A stretch of DNA of 64,000 nucleotides from a bacterium (GTDB taxonomy: Bacteria > UBA8248): assembly GCA_965207065.1 (NCBI GenBank), contig OZ242260.1, forward strand, positions 480,001-544,000, given 5' to 3'. Below are positions 1 through 9,820 of this stretch, piece after piece; positions within the stretch are counted from its first letter, which is position 1, and every line of letters begins with the position of its first letter. The notes under the pieces were generated by a model. It searched no databases and was not told where the DNA came from. It saw only the letters and a program-made list of their open reading frames with translations. A program made the position numbers and the translations under genes.

Positions 1-66
1 TAAACCAGGACGGCGCAGCCGTTACGATCGGGATTGCAGGCGGCCGCCTGGCCTGATCATCACCAG

Positions 67-2172
67 ATGAGCACGCGCGAATCCCTTACGAGCCTGTTCC
101 ACCCGAAATCCTTTGCGGTGGTGGGCGCGGCTTCCGACTTGAACCGCCTGGGCGGCATTCCCTTGCGGTTGACCATGCAATATGGCTTTCCCGGCCCCAT
201 CTACCCCATCAACCCGAGGCGGGACGTGATCGCGGGGCTTAAGTGCTACCCCGATGTCGCCTCCCTGCCCGAAGCGCCCGAGTTCGCTCTCATCTGCACC
301 CCGAGAGAGGACGTGCTCCCCGCCCTCACACAATGCGCGGGACGAGGCGTCAAGGCCGCCGCCGTCATTACGTCCGGCTTCGCCGAAGCTGGCACTGAAG
401 GCGTGGCGCTACAGGAGAAAATCCTGGAGTTGCGCGACGAATCGGGAATGCGCGTCTTAGGACCCAACTGCATGGGCGTAGTGCACGTGCGCTCGAAGCT
501 CATGGCCACGTTCACGATATCCATCCGCGATGAGGACCCGCTCATTCCGGGGGCGGTGGCCATCGTCACCCAGAGCGGGGCGATGGGGGCGTGCATGCTC
601 ACGGGCTTTCAGGAGAGCGGCTCGGGCATCAGCAGCCTCGTCAGCCTCGGCAACGAGGTGGACGTGGATTTCGCGGAATGCGTGGATTACTTCCTCGACG
701 ACCCGCACACGCGCGTCATTTGCGGGTATCTGGAATCGGTGCGCAACGGCAAGCGGCTCAAGAAAGTCGCCCGGCGCGCGCTCGAGATTGGAAAACCCAT
801 CGTCCTGCTCAAGGGCGGCAAGACCGAAGAGGGCGCGCGCGCCGCGCGCAGCCATACCGCCGCCATCACGACTTCGAGCGATGTCTTCGACGCCTTCGCC
901 GCGCAATACGGGATTCAGGTGCTGGACTCCATGGACGAGTTCATCGAGATTGCGGATTTCCTCGCGCGCAGCAGGCCGATCCAGGGAAACGGCGTGGGGA
1001 TCTTAAGCTTCTCGGGCGGGCTGGGCTCGCTCGCGGCGGACCTTGCGACCGATGCGGACCTTACGCTCCCCATCCTCGCAGGAGAAACACAGGAAAAACT
1101 CGCAGGCGTCCTGCCCGACTACGCGCCCAAGGACAATCCGGTGGACCTCGTATCCCTGATGGTCAGCCAACCGGAGAGTCAACCGCTCAAGACGGCGGGA
1201 GTAGCGGTGGCATCCGATGAGAATGTGGACGCGCTGCTATTCCTCATGGGCGTCTACCACCACGTGGGGGGACAGATAGTGGCGGAGGTGAAGGCGCTGT
1301 TTGAAACCTCACCCGTGCCCGTCGCCTTCGCCTGGCTCACGGGACCGCGCGATCAGATAGAAGCACTCAGAAAAGCCTCCGTACCCGTATTCGGCGATTA
1401 CTCGCGGGCGATTCGCGGCCTGGAATCCCTATTGTCGCTTAAAAACGCGCGCGAGTCCGCTTCTTCCCAGCCCCTACTCAAAAACCGTACACGGAAGGAG
1501 GCGGCCAGGCGAAGCATCAGGCGTTCTCCCCCATCCGCCGATGGTTTTCTGCCGCCTGAAATCTGCGCCGAAATCATGGACCTCTACGGTATTCCGAGAC
1601 CAAGGGAAATTCTGGTCGATACGGCGGAAGAAGCACGCAAGGCGTGGGAGGCGTATCAAACCCCCGTCGCGCTCAAGGTCGTATCGGAGAGCCTCGCACA
1701 CAAGACCGAGGCGGGCGGCGTCATCCTGGGACTCGATACAGCCGAGGAAGTGCTGACCGGTGCCGAGCGGCTGCTCGCACTCGCGGACGATGCGCGCCTT
1801 CTGGTGCAGGAGATGATTGAAGGCGGCCTGGAGCTACTGGTCGGCATCTCGCGGGATGAGACGTTCGGCCCGTGCGTGACGGCGGGGCTGGGCGGCGTGT
1901 ACGTGGAAGCACTCAACGACGTGGCCCGGCTTCTGCCTCCTTTCCACGCAAAAGAAGCCGAAAGCACGCTCTCAGGCCTTCGCTCGCGCGCCATCTTCGA
2001 TGGTTTCCGGGGCGGGCCCAAAGTTCAAATTCCGCACATATCCGATATAATGGCCAAAATTTCGAGACTGGCGCTGGAGTTGAGACACGATATCGCCGAG
2101 ATGGATATCAACCCGCTCATCGCCACGGCGGAGGGCTGCATCGCCGTGGACGTTCGGATCAAGACAACCTGA
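67..2172 (+). CDS. Acetate/acyl-CoA ligase (ADP-forming) family, fused CoA-binding + ATP-grasp
   Basis: SLFHPKSFAVVGAS, GPNCMG, TQSGAMG, KGGKTEEGARAARSHTA, HKTEAGGV, EMDINPL motifs; ATG at 67 chosen. Confidence 0.9.
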   Translation: MSTRESLTSLFHPKSFAVVGAASDLNRLGGIPLRLTMQYGFPGPIYPINPRRDVIAGLKCYPDVASLPEAPEFALICTPREDVLPALTQCAGRGVKAAAVITSGFAEAGTEGVALQEKILELRDESGMRVLGPNCMGVVHVRSKLMATFTISIRDEDPLIPGAVAIVTQSGAMGACMLTGFQESGSGISSLVSLGNEVDVDFAECVDYFLDDPHTRVICGYLESVRNGKRLKKVARRALEIGKPIVLLKGGKTEEGARAARSHTAAITTSSDVFDAFAAQYGIQVLDSMDEFIEIADFLARSRPIQGNGVGILSFSGGLGSLAADLATDADLTLPILAGETQEKLAGVLPDYAPKDNPVDLVSLMVSQPESQPLKTAGVAVASDENVDALLFLMGVYHHVGGQIVAEVKALFETSPVPVAFAWLTGPRDQIEALRKASVPVFGDYSRAIRGLESLLSLKNARESASSQPLLKNRTRKEAARRSIRRSPPSADGFLPPEICAEIMDLYGIPRPREILVDTAEEARKAWEAYQTPVALKVVSESLAHKTEAGGVILGLDTAEEVLTGAERLLALADDARLLVQEMIEGGLELLVGISRDETFGPCVTAGLGGVYVEALNDVARLLPPFHAKEAESTLSGLRSRAIFDGFRGGPKVQIPHISDIMAKISRLALELRHDIAEMDINPLIATAEGCIAVDVRIKTT

Positions 2173-2185
2173 CGAGAGGACCCGC

Positions 2186-2620
2186 ATGAGCAAGAGAATC
2201 ACGCCCGAAATACGCGCCCTGGTGGGACGAAAGCACGGCCCCTATCGCGTGAGGGTAGAGCAAGGGGCGATTGAGAAATTCGCGGACGCTATCGGCGACG
2301 AGAACCCCGCCTACCGGGGAGTCGACGCGGTTGCGCCGCCCACTTTCCCCACCACCTTCAGGGCAAAGGACGCCTATCCCGATCTGCCGCCTGGTTTCGG
2401 CGACGTGGGGCTTCACGCCTCACAGGTCTATGAGGTCGAGCGGCCCATCCGCGCGGGCGATGAGCTGGACGTTTCCTTCACCATCGTGGACATCACCGAA
2501 AAATCGGGCCGCACGGGCGACCTCGTCTTCGTCGAGCGTGAATACGAGTTTACCGACGCGCGCGACGGCTCCCGCGTGGGCGGGGGCAAGTGGGTGTCGC
2601 TCCGGCGATTCAGGAACTGA
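2186..2620 (+). CDS. MaoC-like dehydratase, N-terminal-type hotdog protein
   Basis: VEQGAIEKFADAIGDENP..APPTF, LHASQVYE motifs; SD GAGG. Confidence 0.85.
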   Translation: MSKRITPEIRALVGRKHGPYRVRVEQGAIEKFADAIGDENPAYRGVDAVAPPTFPTTFRAKDAYPDLPPGFGDVGLHASQVYEVERPIRAGDELDVSFTIVDITEKSGRTGDLVFVEREYEFTDARDGSRVGGGKWVSLRRFRN

Positions 2621-2630
2621 AGGAGAGACG

Positions 2631-3032
2631 ATGAGCTACCAAAAGGGTGACGCGCTCCCCGAACTCGTGAAAGAACCCGTCTCGCGGACACAGCTCGTGA
2701 AATACGCGGGCGCAAGCGGGGATTACAATTCGATCCACTATGACGACGAGGCGGCGCGCGCAGGCGGCCTGGACGGCGTTATCGCCCACGGGATGCTCTC
2801 GATGGGCTTTCTCGGGCAATTCGTCGAGAACACATTCGGCGCGGGCAGCTACAAGCGGCTGGAAGTTCGCTTTCAGGGCATGGTGAAGCTCGGCGAGGTC
2901 ATCACCTGCCGGGGCGTGATTACCGATATCACGGAAGAGCAGAGCCGATCTTACGCCACCTGCGAGATCGAAGCGGTCGACTCCAGCGGCCGTGTCGTCA
3001 CCACGGGTGAGGCGCAGGCCTGGCTGGACTGA
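2631..3032 (+). CDS. MaoC family (R)-enoyl-CoA hydratase/dehydratase
   Basis: YAGASGDYNSIHYD..IAHGML hydratase motif; SD AAGGAG before ATG 2631. Confidence 0.9.
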   Translation: MSYQKGDALPELVKEPVSRTQLVKYAGASGDYNSIHYDDEAARAGGLDGVIAHGMLSMGFLGQFVENTFGAGSYKRLEVRFQGMVKLGEVITCRGVITDITEEQSRSYATCEIEAVDSSGRVVTTGEAQAWLD

Positions 3033-3056
3033 ATCCACAAGAAAGAGAGGAATTCC

Positions 3057-3800
3057 ATGAGACTGAAAGACAAGAACGCCCTCGTCACGGGCGCGGCGCA
3101 GGGCATCGGACGCTCGGTGTGCCAGCGCTTCGCCGAGGAGGGCGCGAAGGTGCTCGTCGTCGACATGAACGAGGAGGGCGGCGAGGAGACGGCGCGCCTG
3201 ATAAGAGAGGCAGGCGGCGAGGCGCTCTTCCACAAGGCCGACGTGAGCAAGCTTGATGAGGTCGAGGGCGCTCTCGACGCGTCTGAGGCGGCGCACGGGC
3301 CCATCAACGTCATGGTGAACAACGCAGGCATCGTGCGCGCGGCCATGCTCCACAAGATGAGCGAAGAGCAGTGGGACTCCGTGATCGCAGTCCACTTAAA
3401 GGGCACCTGGACGGGAATCCACGCGGCGGCCAAGCGCATGATCCCCCGGAAGGAAGGCCGCATCATCAACGTGACCTCCGGCGCGGGGCTCCGCGGCACC
3501 ATCGGCCAGATCAACTACTCCTCGGCCAAGATGGGCATCGTCGGCGCGACGCAGAGCGCGGCCCGCGAGCTGGGACGACACAACATCACCGTGAACTGCG
3601 TCTCGCCCGCGGCCATCACCCCCATGACGGAGACGATCCGCACGGACGAGCGCTTTGAATCCAAGTATCTCGAGCGCATCTGCCTCGGCCGGTGGGGAGA
3701 ACCCGAGGAGATGGCGGCGGGGTTCGTCTTCCTGGCGTCGGACGAGGCGAGCTACGTGACCGGCATCGTGCTCCGCATCGACGGCGGGCTGGGGATGTAG
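3057..3800 (+). CDS. SDR oxidoreductase, 3-oxoacyl-ACP/CoA reductase-like
   Basis: TGAAQGIG, NNAG, YSSAK motifs. Confidence 0.9.
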   Translation: MRLKDKNALVTGAAQGIGRSVCQRFAEEGAKVLVVDMNEEGGEETARLIREAGGEALFHKADVSKLDEVEGALDASEAAHGPINVMVNNAGIVRAAMLHKMSEEQWDSVIAVHLKGTWTGIHAAAKRMIPRKEGRIINVTSGAGLRGTIGQINYSSAKMGIVGATQSAARELGRHNITVNCVSPAAITPMTETIRTDERFESKYLERICLGRWGEPEEMAAGFVFLASDEASYVTGIVLRIDGGLGM

Positions 3801-3814
3801 GGACATTATAGAAT

Positions 3815-3979
3815 TGTAGGGACAACCCCCTGTGGTTGTCCCTCTTCGAAGTGGATACGACCAGGACAGGCACGGGGGCCTTTCCCTACGGGATGCAAAC
3901 CCTTCGCCATATGATAATCGCCTCCTTGAGGGTCGGGCATCTTTTCTTCCCTGGATTCCGGCATCCCGCTGGAATGACG
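3815..3979. repeat. GTAG-type REP pair plus ATTCCGG..GGAATGAC palindrome
   Basis: GTAGGGACAACC..GGTTGTCCC, GGACAGGCAC..GCCTTTCCCTAC, CTGGATTCCGGC..GGAATGACG; similar units recur across the window. Confidence 0.75.
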
Positions 3980-4076
3980 AGCAAGGGAAAGAACCCCCCA
4001 TCTGGCATCCCCTTGGCGGGCCTGCTAGAATCGCCGCGAGATCGACCCAAAAACCGACGAAACGGAGGAACCGCCC

Positions 4077-5105
4077 ATGAAGGCCATGATCCTCAAGCAA
4101 TTCGGCCAGCCCCTCGCCTATGAGGAAGCGCCCGAACCCAAGATCGGCCCCCGCCAGGTGCTCGTGGAATCAAAGGCGAACGGCCTGTGCGCGACAGACT
4201 TGAAGATAGTGGACGGAAACGTCAAATCGGCCCCCACGCCCCTGATGCTCGGCCATGAGAATTCAGGCGTCGTGCTCGAAGTGGGCGCAGAAGTCGATTC
4301 CGTCGCCCCTGGCGATCGCGTGGTCGTCGTGAGCAAGCAGACCTGCGGGCGCTGCCGCATGTGCCGCCTGGGCCATGAGGAGATGTGCCTGAACTCGCCC
4401 GGACGCTTAGGGATCGAGATAGACGGCGGCTTCGGCCAACTCGTCGCGGCTTCTGAGCGGAATCTCGTGAAAATCGGCGATAACGTATCCCTGGCGGCGG
4501 CCTCCCTCATCGGCGGGACACTCGGCTCCCCGCTGCACGCCATCCGCATGGCCCGGCCCGAACTCGGCGAGTGCGCCGTCATCTTCGGGGTCGGGGGCCT
4601 CGGGCTGCACGCCCTGCAACTCCTCCGCCACCTGGGGGTGAACATCATCGCCGTGGACGTGAAGGAGGAGAAACTCGCCAAGGCGCGCGAACTCGGCGCG
4701 TTCGAGACGGTGAACGCGATGGAGACCGACCCGGTCAAGGCCGTGATGGACATCACGGACGGTTTCGGTGCGGATATCGCGCTTGAGATCGTCGGCGGGG
4801 CCGCCGTGCCGCCCGTGCTGCAGCAGTGTCTCGACCTGCTCCGGCCCGGCGGACGCCTCATCGTCCTGGGCTACGTCTTCGGCCAGAAAATGGAGATCGA
4901 ACCCGCGCAGCTCATCACCAAGTGGATCCAGATCATCGCGTCGCACAACCACACGGTGCGCGACGTGAGCGACGCCGCGAGCCTGGTGAACGATGGCCGC
5001 GTGCGCGCCGTCATCACGGAGGAAGCCCCGATGCCGAACGCCAACGACGCGCTGGCCGCCCTGCGCGCGGGCGACCCGGTGGGCCGCATCGTGCTTACGT
5101 GGTGA
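4077..5105 (+). CDS. Zn-dependent alcohol dehydrogenase (MDR family)
   Basis: GLCATD, LGHE, CGRCRMC..C structural Zn, GVGGLG. Confidence 0.9.
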   Translation: MKAMILKQFGQPLAYEEAPEPKIGPRQVLVESKANGLCATDLKIVDGNVKSAPTPLMLGHENSGVVLEVGAEVDSVAPGDRVVVVSKQTCGRCRMCRLGHEEMCLNSPGRLGIEIDGGFGQLVAASERNLVKIGDNVSLAAASLIGGTLGSPLHAIRMARPELGECAVIFGVGGLGLHALQLLRHLGVNIIAVDVKEEKLAKARELGAFETVNAMETDPVKAVMDITDGFGADIALEIVGGAAVPPVLQQCLDLLRPGGRLIVLGYVFGQKMEIEPAQLITKWIQIIASHNHTVRDVSDAASLVNDGRVRAVITEEAPMPNANDALAALRAGDPVGRIVLTW

Positions 5106-5199
5106 GGCGCGTCCCGGAAATCACCTAACACGAAACGGCGAAAACGCCGATGAGACCACAGAACCCCAATACATTTACAACGCATCCGCAGGAGGCAGC

Positions 5200-6591
5200 A
5201 TGTCGTACCGAATCGAAACCGACAGCATGGGCGAGATTGAGGTGCCCGAGGACAAATACTACGGCGCGCAGACGGCGCGTTCGCTCGTTCACTTCAAAAT
5301 CGGCGGCGACCGCTTCCCGAGGGAGATCATCCGCGCTCTGGGGATTCTGAAAAAAGCCGCCGCGGTGACGAACGAGGAACTGGGAATCCTGGAGCCGGAG
5401 AAGACCGCGCTCATCACCCAGGCGGCGGATGAGGTGATCGCGGGCGCTCTGGACGAGCATTTCCCCCTCGTCGTCTGGCAGACCGGCAGCGGGACGCAGA
5501 CGAACATGAACGCGAATGAGGTAATCGCCAACCGCGCCATCGAAATCACGGGCGGCGAGATGGGTTCCAAGGACCCGATCCACCCCAACGACGACGTGAA
5601 CAAGGCGCAGTCCTCGAACGACACCTTTCCAACGGCGATGCACATCGCAGCGGGCGAGCAGATGACGAAGAAGCTCATCCCCGCCGTGGAAGCGCTTAAA
5701 ACTACGCTCGCGGCGAAAGCCGAAGCGTTCGATTCGATCATCAAGATCGGCCGCACGCACCTGATGGACGCCGTTCCCCTGACGCTTGGCCAGGAATTCT
5801 CGGGCTACGCGCAGCAACTCGAAAACGGCCTCGCGCGCGTAAAGATGTCGCTGGACGGGATTTATGAACTGGCGCTCGGCGGTACGGCGGTGGGAACGGG
5901 CCTGAACACGCATCCCGACTTCGCGGACAAGGCCGCCGCCAGAATCGCCGAAATGACAGGGCTTCCCTTCAGAAGCGCGCCCAACAAGTTCGAAGCCCTT
6001 GCCGCGCACGATGCGGTCGTATTCGCGAGCGGGGCGGTGAAGACCCTGGCGGCGTCGTTGATGAAAATCGCGAACGACATCCGTATGCTGGCGTCCGGCC
6101 CCCGGTGCGGCGTGGGCGAGCTTCTCATCCCCGAGAATGAACCCGGAAGCTCCATCATGCCCGGCAAGGTGAACCCCACCCAGAGCGAGGCGATGACGAT
6201 GGTGTGCGCCCAGGTGATGGGCAACGACGTGGCGGTGAACGTGGGCGGCGCGACGGGGCATTTCGAGCTCAACGTGTTCAAGCCCGTGATGATCTTCAAC
6301 CTCCTGAACTCAGTTAGGCTGCTGGCCGATGCGAGCGTATCGTTCAACGAGCATTGCGCTGTGGGAATCGAGCCCAACCGGCCCGCGATAGAGTCTTATC
6401 TCCAGAACTCGCTCATGCTGGTGACGGCGCTGAACCCCGTAATCGGATACGACAACGCGGCCAAGGTGGCGAAAAAGGCCTTCTCGGACGGCGGCACGCT
6501 GCGCGACGCGGCGATTGCACTGGACCTCCTCACCGGCGAGGAATTCGATGCGGCCGTAAAACCCGAGAACATGATCGGGCCGAGAGCGTGA
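5200..6591 (+). CDS. fumC: Class II fumarate hydratase
   Basis: [46 protein letters not shown]. Confidence 0.97.
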   Translation: MSYRIETDSMGEIEVPEDKYYGAQTARSLVHFKIGGDRFPREIIRALGILKKAAAVTNEELGILEPEKTALITQAADEVIAGALDEHFPLVVWQTGSGTQTNMNANEVIANRAIEITGGEMGSKDPIHPNDDVNKAQSSNDTFPTAMHIAAGEQMTKKLIPAVEALKTTLAAKAEAFDSIIKIGRTHLMDAVPLTLGQEFSGYAQQLENGLARVKMSLDGIYELALGGTAVGTGLNTHPDFADKAAARIAEMTGLPFRSAPNKFEALAAHDAVVFASGAVKTLAASLMKIANDIRMLASGPRCGVGELLIPENEPGSSIMPGKVNPTQSEAMTMVCAQVMGNDVAVNVGGATGHFELNVFKPVMIFNLLNSVRLLADASVSFNEHCAVGIEPNRPAIESYLQNSLMLVTALNPVIGYDNAAKVAKKAFSDGGTLRDAAIALDLLTGEEFDAAVKPENMIGPRA

Positions 6592-6597
6592 GCGTAC

Positions 6598-6648
6598 TGG
6601 ACAGGCATAGGGGCTTGTGGGACAGCCCCGAGGAGGGGCTGTCACTAC
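6598..6648. repeat. REP-like palindrome
   Basis: GTGGGACAGCCCC-gagga-GGGGCTGTCACTAC; near reverse-complement copy at 10242-10273. Confidence 0.7.
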
Positions 6649-6720
6649 GGTTACGCCTCCTCATTCGGCAAACCCGCCTTCCCCGGGCAAGCAGCCCCTC
6701 CTTCATCAGTCGGGCCTGAC

Positions 6721-7764
6721 CTACCTCTCCGCGTAGCCCGTAAACGCCACGGGTATCGTCTGGATGTCCTGTATCAGATCGGGCGGCAGGTCCCTGTCCG
6801 CCGTGGGGAGCATTCCCGCGTAGAGGGTATCGACGCCGTTCGCAAAGCGCGCCTCGATCGCATCTTTGACCTCCGCATGTACGCCCACGGCGGCGAAAAG
6901 GTGGACAAGGTCGTCCGGAATCTCATCGGCAAGCTCGCCCCATTTGCCCTCGCGTGTCATCTGTCTCAATTTTCGGCCCAGATCGCCGTAGCCGTGCATC
7001 TCGAGCACAGGCCAGTAATCGGGCGTCGATCCGTAAAAGCCGAGACGCACCTTTACCTCATCCATCCCGCGCCTCAAGGCTTCCTCATCCGCTCCGGTGA
7101 CGATGTAGCCCCCGCCCGTGATCTCGAAATTCTCGCGCGTAATCCCGTTCTCCCCGAACCCTTCCGTGAGCTTCGGCAGGCAGAATTCCTCGAAATACCT
7201 GCTCGAGCAGAAAGGATGCAGACGTACACCGTCACAGCGGCTTCCCGCCACTTTCAGCATGCCCGGCCCTACCGCCGCGATGGTGACGGGCGCCATGGGC
7301 TGGCCCCCGGAGGGCGGCGTGAAGGCGGGCGTCATGAGGCTGAACTGGTAGTGCTCACCCTGATAATCGAGTTTTTCCCCGCTCCGCCAGACGCGCCATA
7401 TCGCGCGGAGCGATTCCACGTATTCGCGCATTCTCGCTGCGGGTTTCGTCCAGGGCACGCTGAAACGCCGCACGTTGTGCGCACGGATCTGGGGCCCGAG
7501 TCCCAGGACGAAGCGCCCGTTCGAGGCGACTTGTAAATCCCAGCTTGCGTTCGCGCACACCATCGGACTTCTCGGGAAGGCGATGGCCACGGCGGTCAAA
7601 AGCTCCACGCGCTCAGTTTCCACCGCCGCCACCGCCAGGGGCAGGAACGGGTGGTGCGCGTTTTCCATGCTCATCACGCCGTCATAGCCGGCCGCTTCCA
7701 GCGCCCGGGCGGCTGCGCCCGCTTTTTTCAGATCGTCCATCGGTAGTGTGGTCACGATACGCAT
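6721..7764 (-). CDS. Luciferase-like monooxygenase superfamily, probable F420-dependent oxidoreductase
   Basis: AIAFPRSPM, GRFVLGLGPQIRAH, FYGSTPDYWPVL motifs; start MRIVTT at 7764. Confidence 0.85.
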   Translation of the reverse strand: MRIVTTLPMDDLKKAGAAARALEAAGYDGVMSMENAHHPFLPLAVAAVETERVELLTAVAIAFPRSPMVCANASWDLQVASNGRFVLGLGPQIRAHNVRRFSVPWTKPAARMREYVESLRAIWRVWRSGEKLDYQGEHYQFSLMTPAFTPPSGGQPMAPVTIAAVGPGMLKVAGSRCDGVRLHPFCSSRYFEEFCLPKLTEGFGENGITRENFEITGGGYIVTGADEEALRRGMDEVKVRLGFYGSTPDYWPVLEMHGYGDLGRKLRQMTREGKWGELADEIPDDLVHLFAAVGVHAEVKDAIEARFANGVDTLYAGMLPTADRDLPPDLIQDIQTIPVAFTGYAER

Positions 7765-7904
7765 TTCGAAACTCCTGTCACAGAAATAGAAGACGCCGCC
7801 GGGCGGCGGAGCGGCGCCATGATACACGATCACGAGTCCCGACACATCGTGATATGATGGGCGCATCGAACAATGCCAAACGCGCATCGAATGGAGAAGA
7901 CTCC

Positions 7905-8654
7905 ATGTCCCAGCCGTGCCGTCTCGAATACCGGGGCTTTCATCAGCTCGAACTCGTGCGCCACGGCGGCGGGGAAATACGTATCGGCGGGCGGCGGCGA
8001 ACCCTGCAAGAAACTCCGCCCAACGTGGCCTCGCGGCCTCCCGTCGATACGGTGCAGTACGTCTATGCGAGGTGGGATGAGCGAAGGGAACGCGTGAAGC
8101 TGGTCGCCTCGACGACGGGGCATGAAACCGCAGGCGATGAGGAAGTGATGCGCGGCGACCCCTCCGCCCTTCTCGTCGGCATGGGAAGACCCTACGAGAG
8201 CAGGCCCAAACACTACCACTGGGCGGACAGGCCGGAGCACAGGACGCTCATCCTGAGCCATCACAACAGAAAGCCCCTCGTATGGCGGCAGAGGCTGCGC
8301 GCGGATGCGGTGATTTCACCAGGCGGGTGGCGAGAAGTGTCATCCGATATGAGCGTCTCTTTCCTCGTATGGGGCGGGGAGGAGGCGCATCTCGAAATCG
8401 AGGGCCGCGTGAGGAGCCAGGGGGCCGCCTCGCCGCTTCTTTTGGGAATAGGCTTGGACGGCGCGCCTCCTGAATCGGCCGAATTGGAACTCACGCCGAG
8501 CGAGGCGTCGCAGGTCTTCAGGCTCGATGTCGAGAGGCGCTTCTCCCGCGATGAGGAAGGCTTTCATACCCTTTCCCTGTACGGAATGACGGATGACGAC
8601 GCCTCCTGGAACGTCCTCGGAGGCGCAACGCTGCAGTATTCCACCTTTGGCTAA
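7905..8654 (+). CDS. Hypothetical protein resembling a phage tail-fibre domain
   Basis: SD GGAG before ATG 7905; motifs CRL..YVYA..STTGH..GD..LVGM..NR..FLVW..IGLDG..EGFH recalled from prophage tail-fibre proteins. Confidence 0.6.
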   Translation: MSQPCRLEYRGFHQLELVRHGGGEIRIGGRRRTLQETPPNVASRPPVDTVQYVYARWDERRERVKLVASTTGHETAGDEEVMRGDPSALLVGMGRPYESRPKHYHWADRPEHRTLILSHHNRKPLVWRQRLRADAVISPGGWREVSSDMSVSFLVWGGEEAHLEIEGRVRSQGAASPLLLGIGLDGAPPESAELELTPSEASQVFRLDVERRFSRDEEGFHTLSLYGMTDDDASWNVLGGATLQYSTFG

Positions 8655-8665
8655 GGAGCAAGACG

Positions 8666-9799
8666 ATTAACGAATCCGCGCAAAACCCAAAATTCCTGGA
8701 TGACCTCGGAATCCGCCGCGTCATCAGCGCGCGCACCCGCCAGACAGTCTTCGGCGGCTCGGGACTGAGGCCCGAGGTATGGGCCGCCATGCAGGAGGCG
8801 AACGCCGCCCAGGTGGACATGAACGAACTCCACGCGAAGGCGGGCGCGCGGGTCGCCGGGATGACGCAAAACGAAGCTGCCTACGTCACGAGCGGTTCCG
8901 CCGCAGGCCTCGTGCTGTGCGCGGCCGCCTGCATCACGGGCGGAAGCCCGGCCTTGATGGACAAGCTCCCCTTCACCGACGGCTTAAAGAACGAAATCGT
9001 GATCCACCGCTTCCAGAGAAACCACTACGACATCAATATCCGCCAGGCGGGGGCGAGGCTCGTGGAGATCGGCTCGCACCGCCAGACCCATCCCTGGGAG
9101 CTCGAAGAGGCCATCGGGGAGAATACGGCGGGCGTCTTCTATTTCCCGGGCCGGTATGCGGGTAAAAACATCCTGAAGCTCGAAACCATCATCGAGATCG
9201 CGCACGAAAGGAACGTGCCCGTAATCGTGGACGCCGCGGCGCAGCTTCCCCCCTCCTCCAACCTTTGGCGATACACAAAGGAGATGGGGGCCGACGCCGC
9301 CATCTTCAGCGGGGGGAAGAGCATTGGCGGGCCTCAGAATACGGGCATCATCCTGGGTAAAGAGGAAATCATCGAAGCCTGCGCCATGATGGGAAGCCCA
9401 AGGTATTCGGTCGGCAGACCCATGAAGGCGGGGCGCGACGATATCGTGGGCCTGCTCGCGGCGTTTGAGCATTACCTGGACGGCGGCGAGGCGGAGCAAT
9501 ACGCCCACAACGAGAAATGGTGCGAGTTCTTCATGGAGCGCACAGCCGGGATGAGGGGACTCTCGCCCCGCATCAGGCGCCCCAACTCTCTGGGGCAGGA
9601 TTTGCCGGAAGTCGTGATCGAAATCGACGAGGAAGCAACCGGAAATTCACGCGATGCGATTGTCGATGCGCTGTGGGCGTGCGAGGTGCGTGTGCAGGTC
9701 GGGATATCCGGCGAATCGGGAATCTTCATCTCGCCCGATCCGCTCACCGATCAAGACGCGGAATACCTCTGGGGGAGGTTCGTGGAGGTTGTTTCGTGA
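8666..9799 (+). CDS. SelA-like PLP-dependent enzyme (DgaE/aminotransferase class V-like)
   Basis: VTSGSAAGL, VIVDAAAQ, FSGGKSIGGPQ (PLP Lys), GRPMK; family-like N-terminus LGIRRVIS..GGS extends upstream of ATG 8789 to in-frame ATT 8666. Confidence 0.8.
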   Translation: MNESAQNPKFLDDLGIRRVISARTRQTVFGGSGLRPEVWAAMQEANAAQVDMNELHAKAGARVAGMTQNEAAYVTSGSAAGLVLCAAACITGGSPALMDKLPFTDGLKNEIVIHRFQRNHYDINIRQAGARLVEIGSHRQTHPWELEEAIGENTAGVFYFPGRYAGKNILKLETIIEIAHERNVPVIVDAAAQLPPSSNLWRYTKEMGADAAIFSGGKSIGGPQNTGIILGKEEIIEACAMMGSPRYSVGRPMKAGRDDIVGLLAAFEHYLDGGEAEQYAHNEKWCEFFMERTAGMRGLSPRIRRPNSLGQDLPEVVIEIDEEATGNSRDAIVDALWACEVRVQVGISGESGIFISPDPLTDQDAEYLWGRFVEVVS

Positions 9800-9820
9800 G
9801 GGGTCAAACGCGAGTGAGGA

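Noticed and set aside
5131-5160. Hammerhead-like GAAAC-stem-CCGATGAG upstream of fumC
   Set aside because: Lacks the CUGAUGA core and the UH cleavage site in the required arrangement; only a short GGCG-AAAA-CGCC hairpin.
8666-9799. True selenocysteine synthase SelA forming a Sec system with selD
   Set aside because: Length and motifs fit the shorter SelA-like/DgaE group; selD is about 54 kb away; no selB, selC or in-frame TGA selenoprotein was seen (MsrA and the Mo enzyme use Cys).
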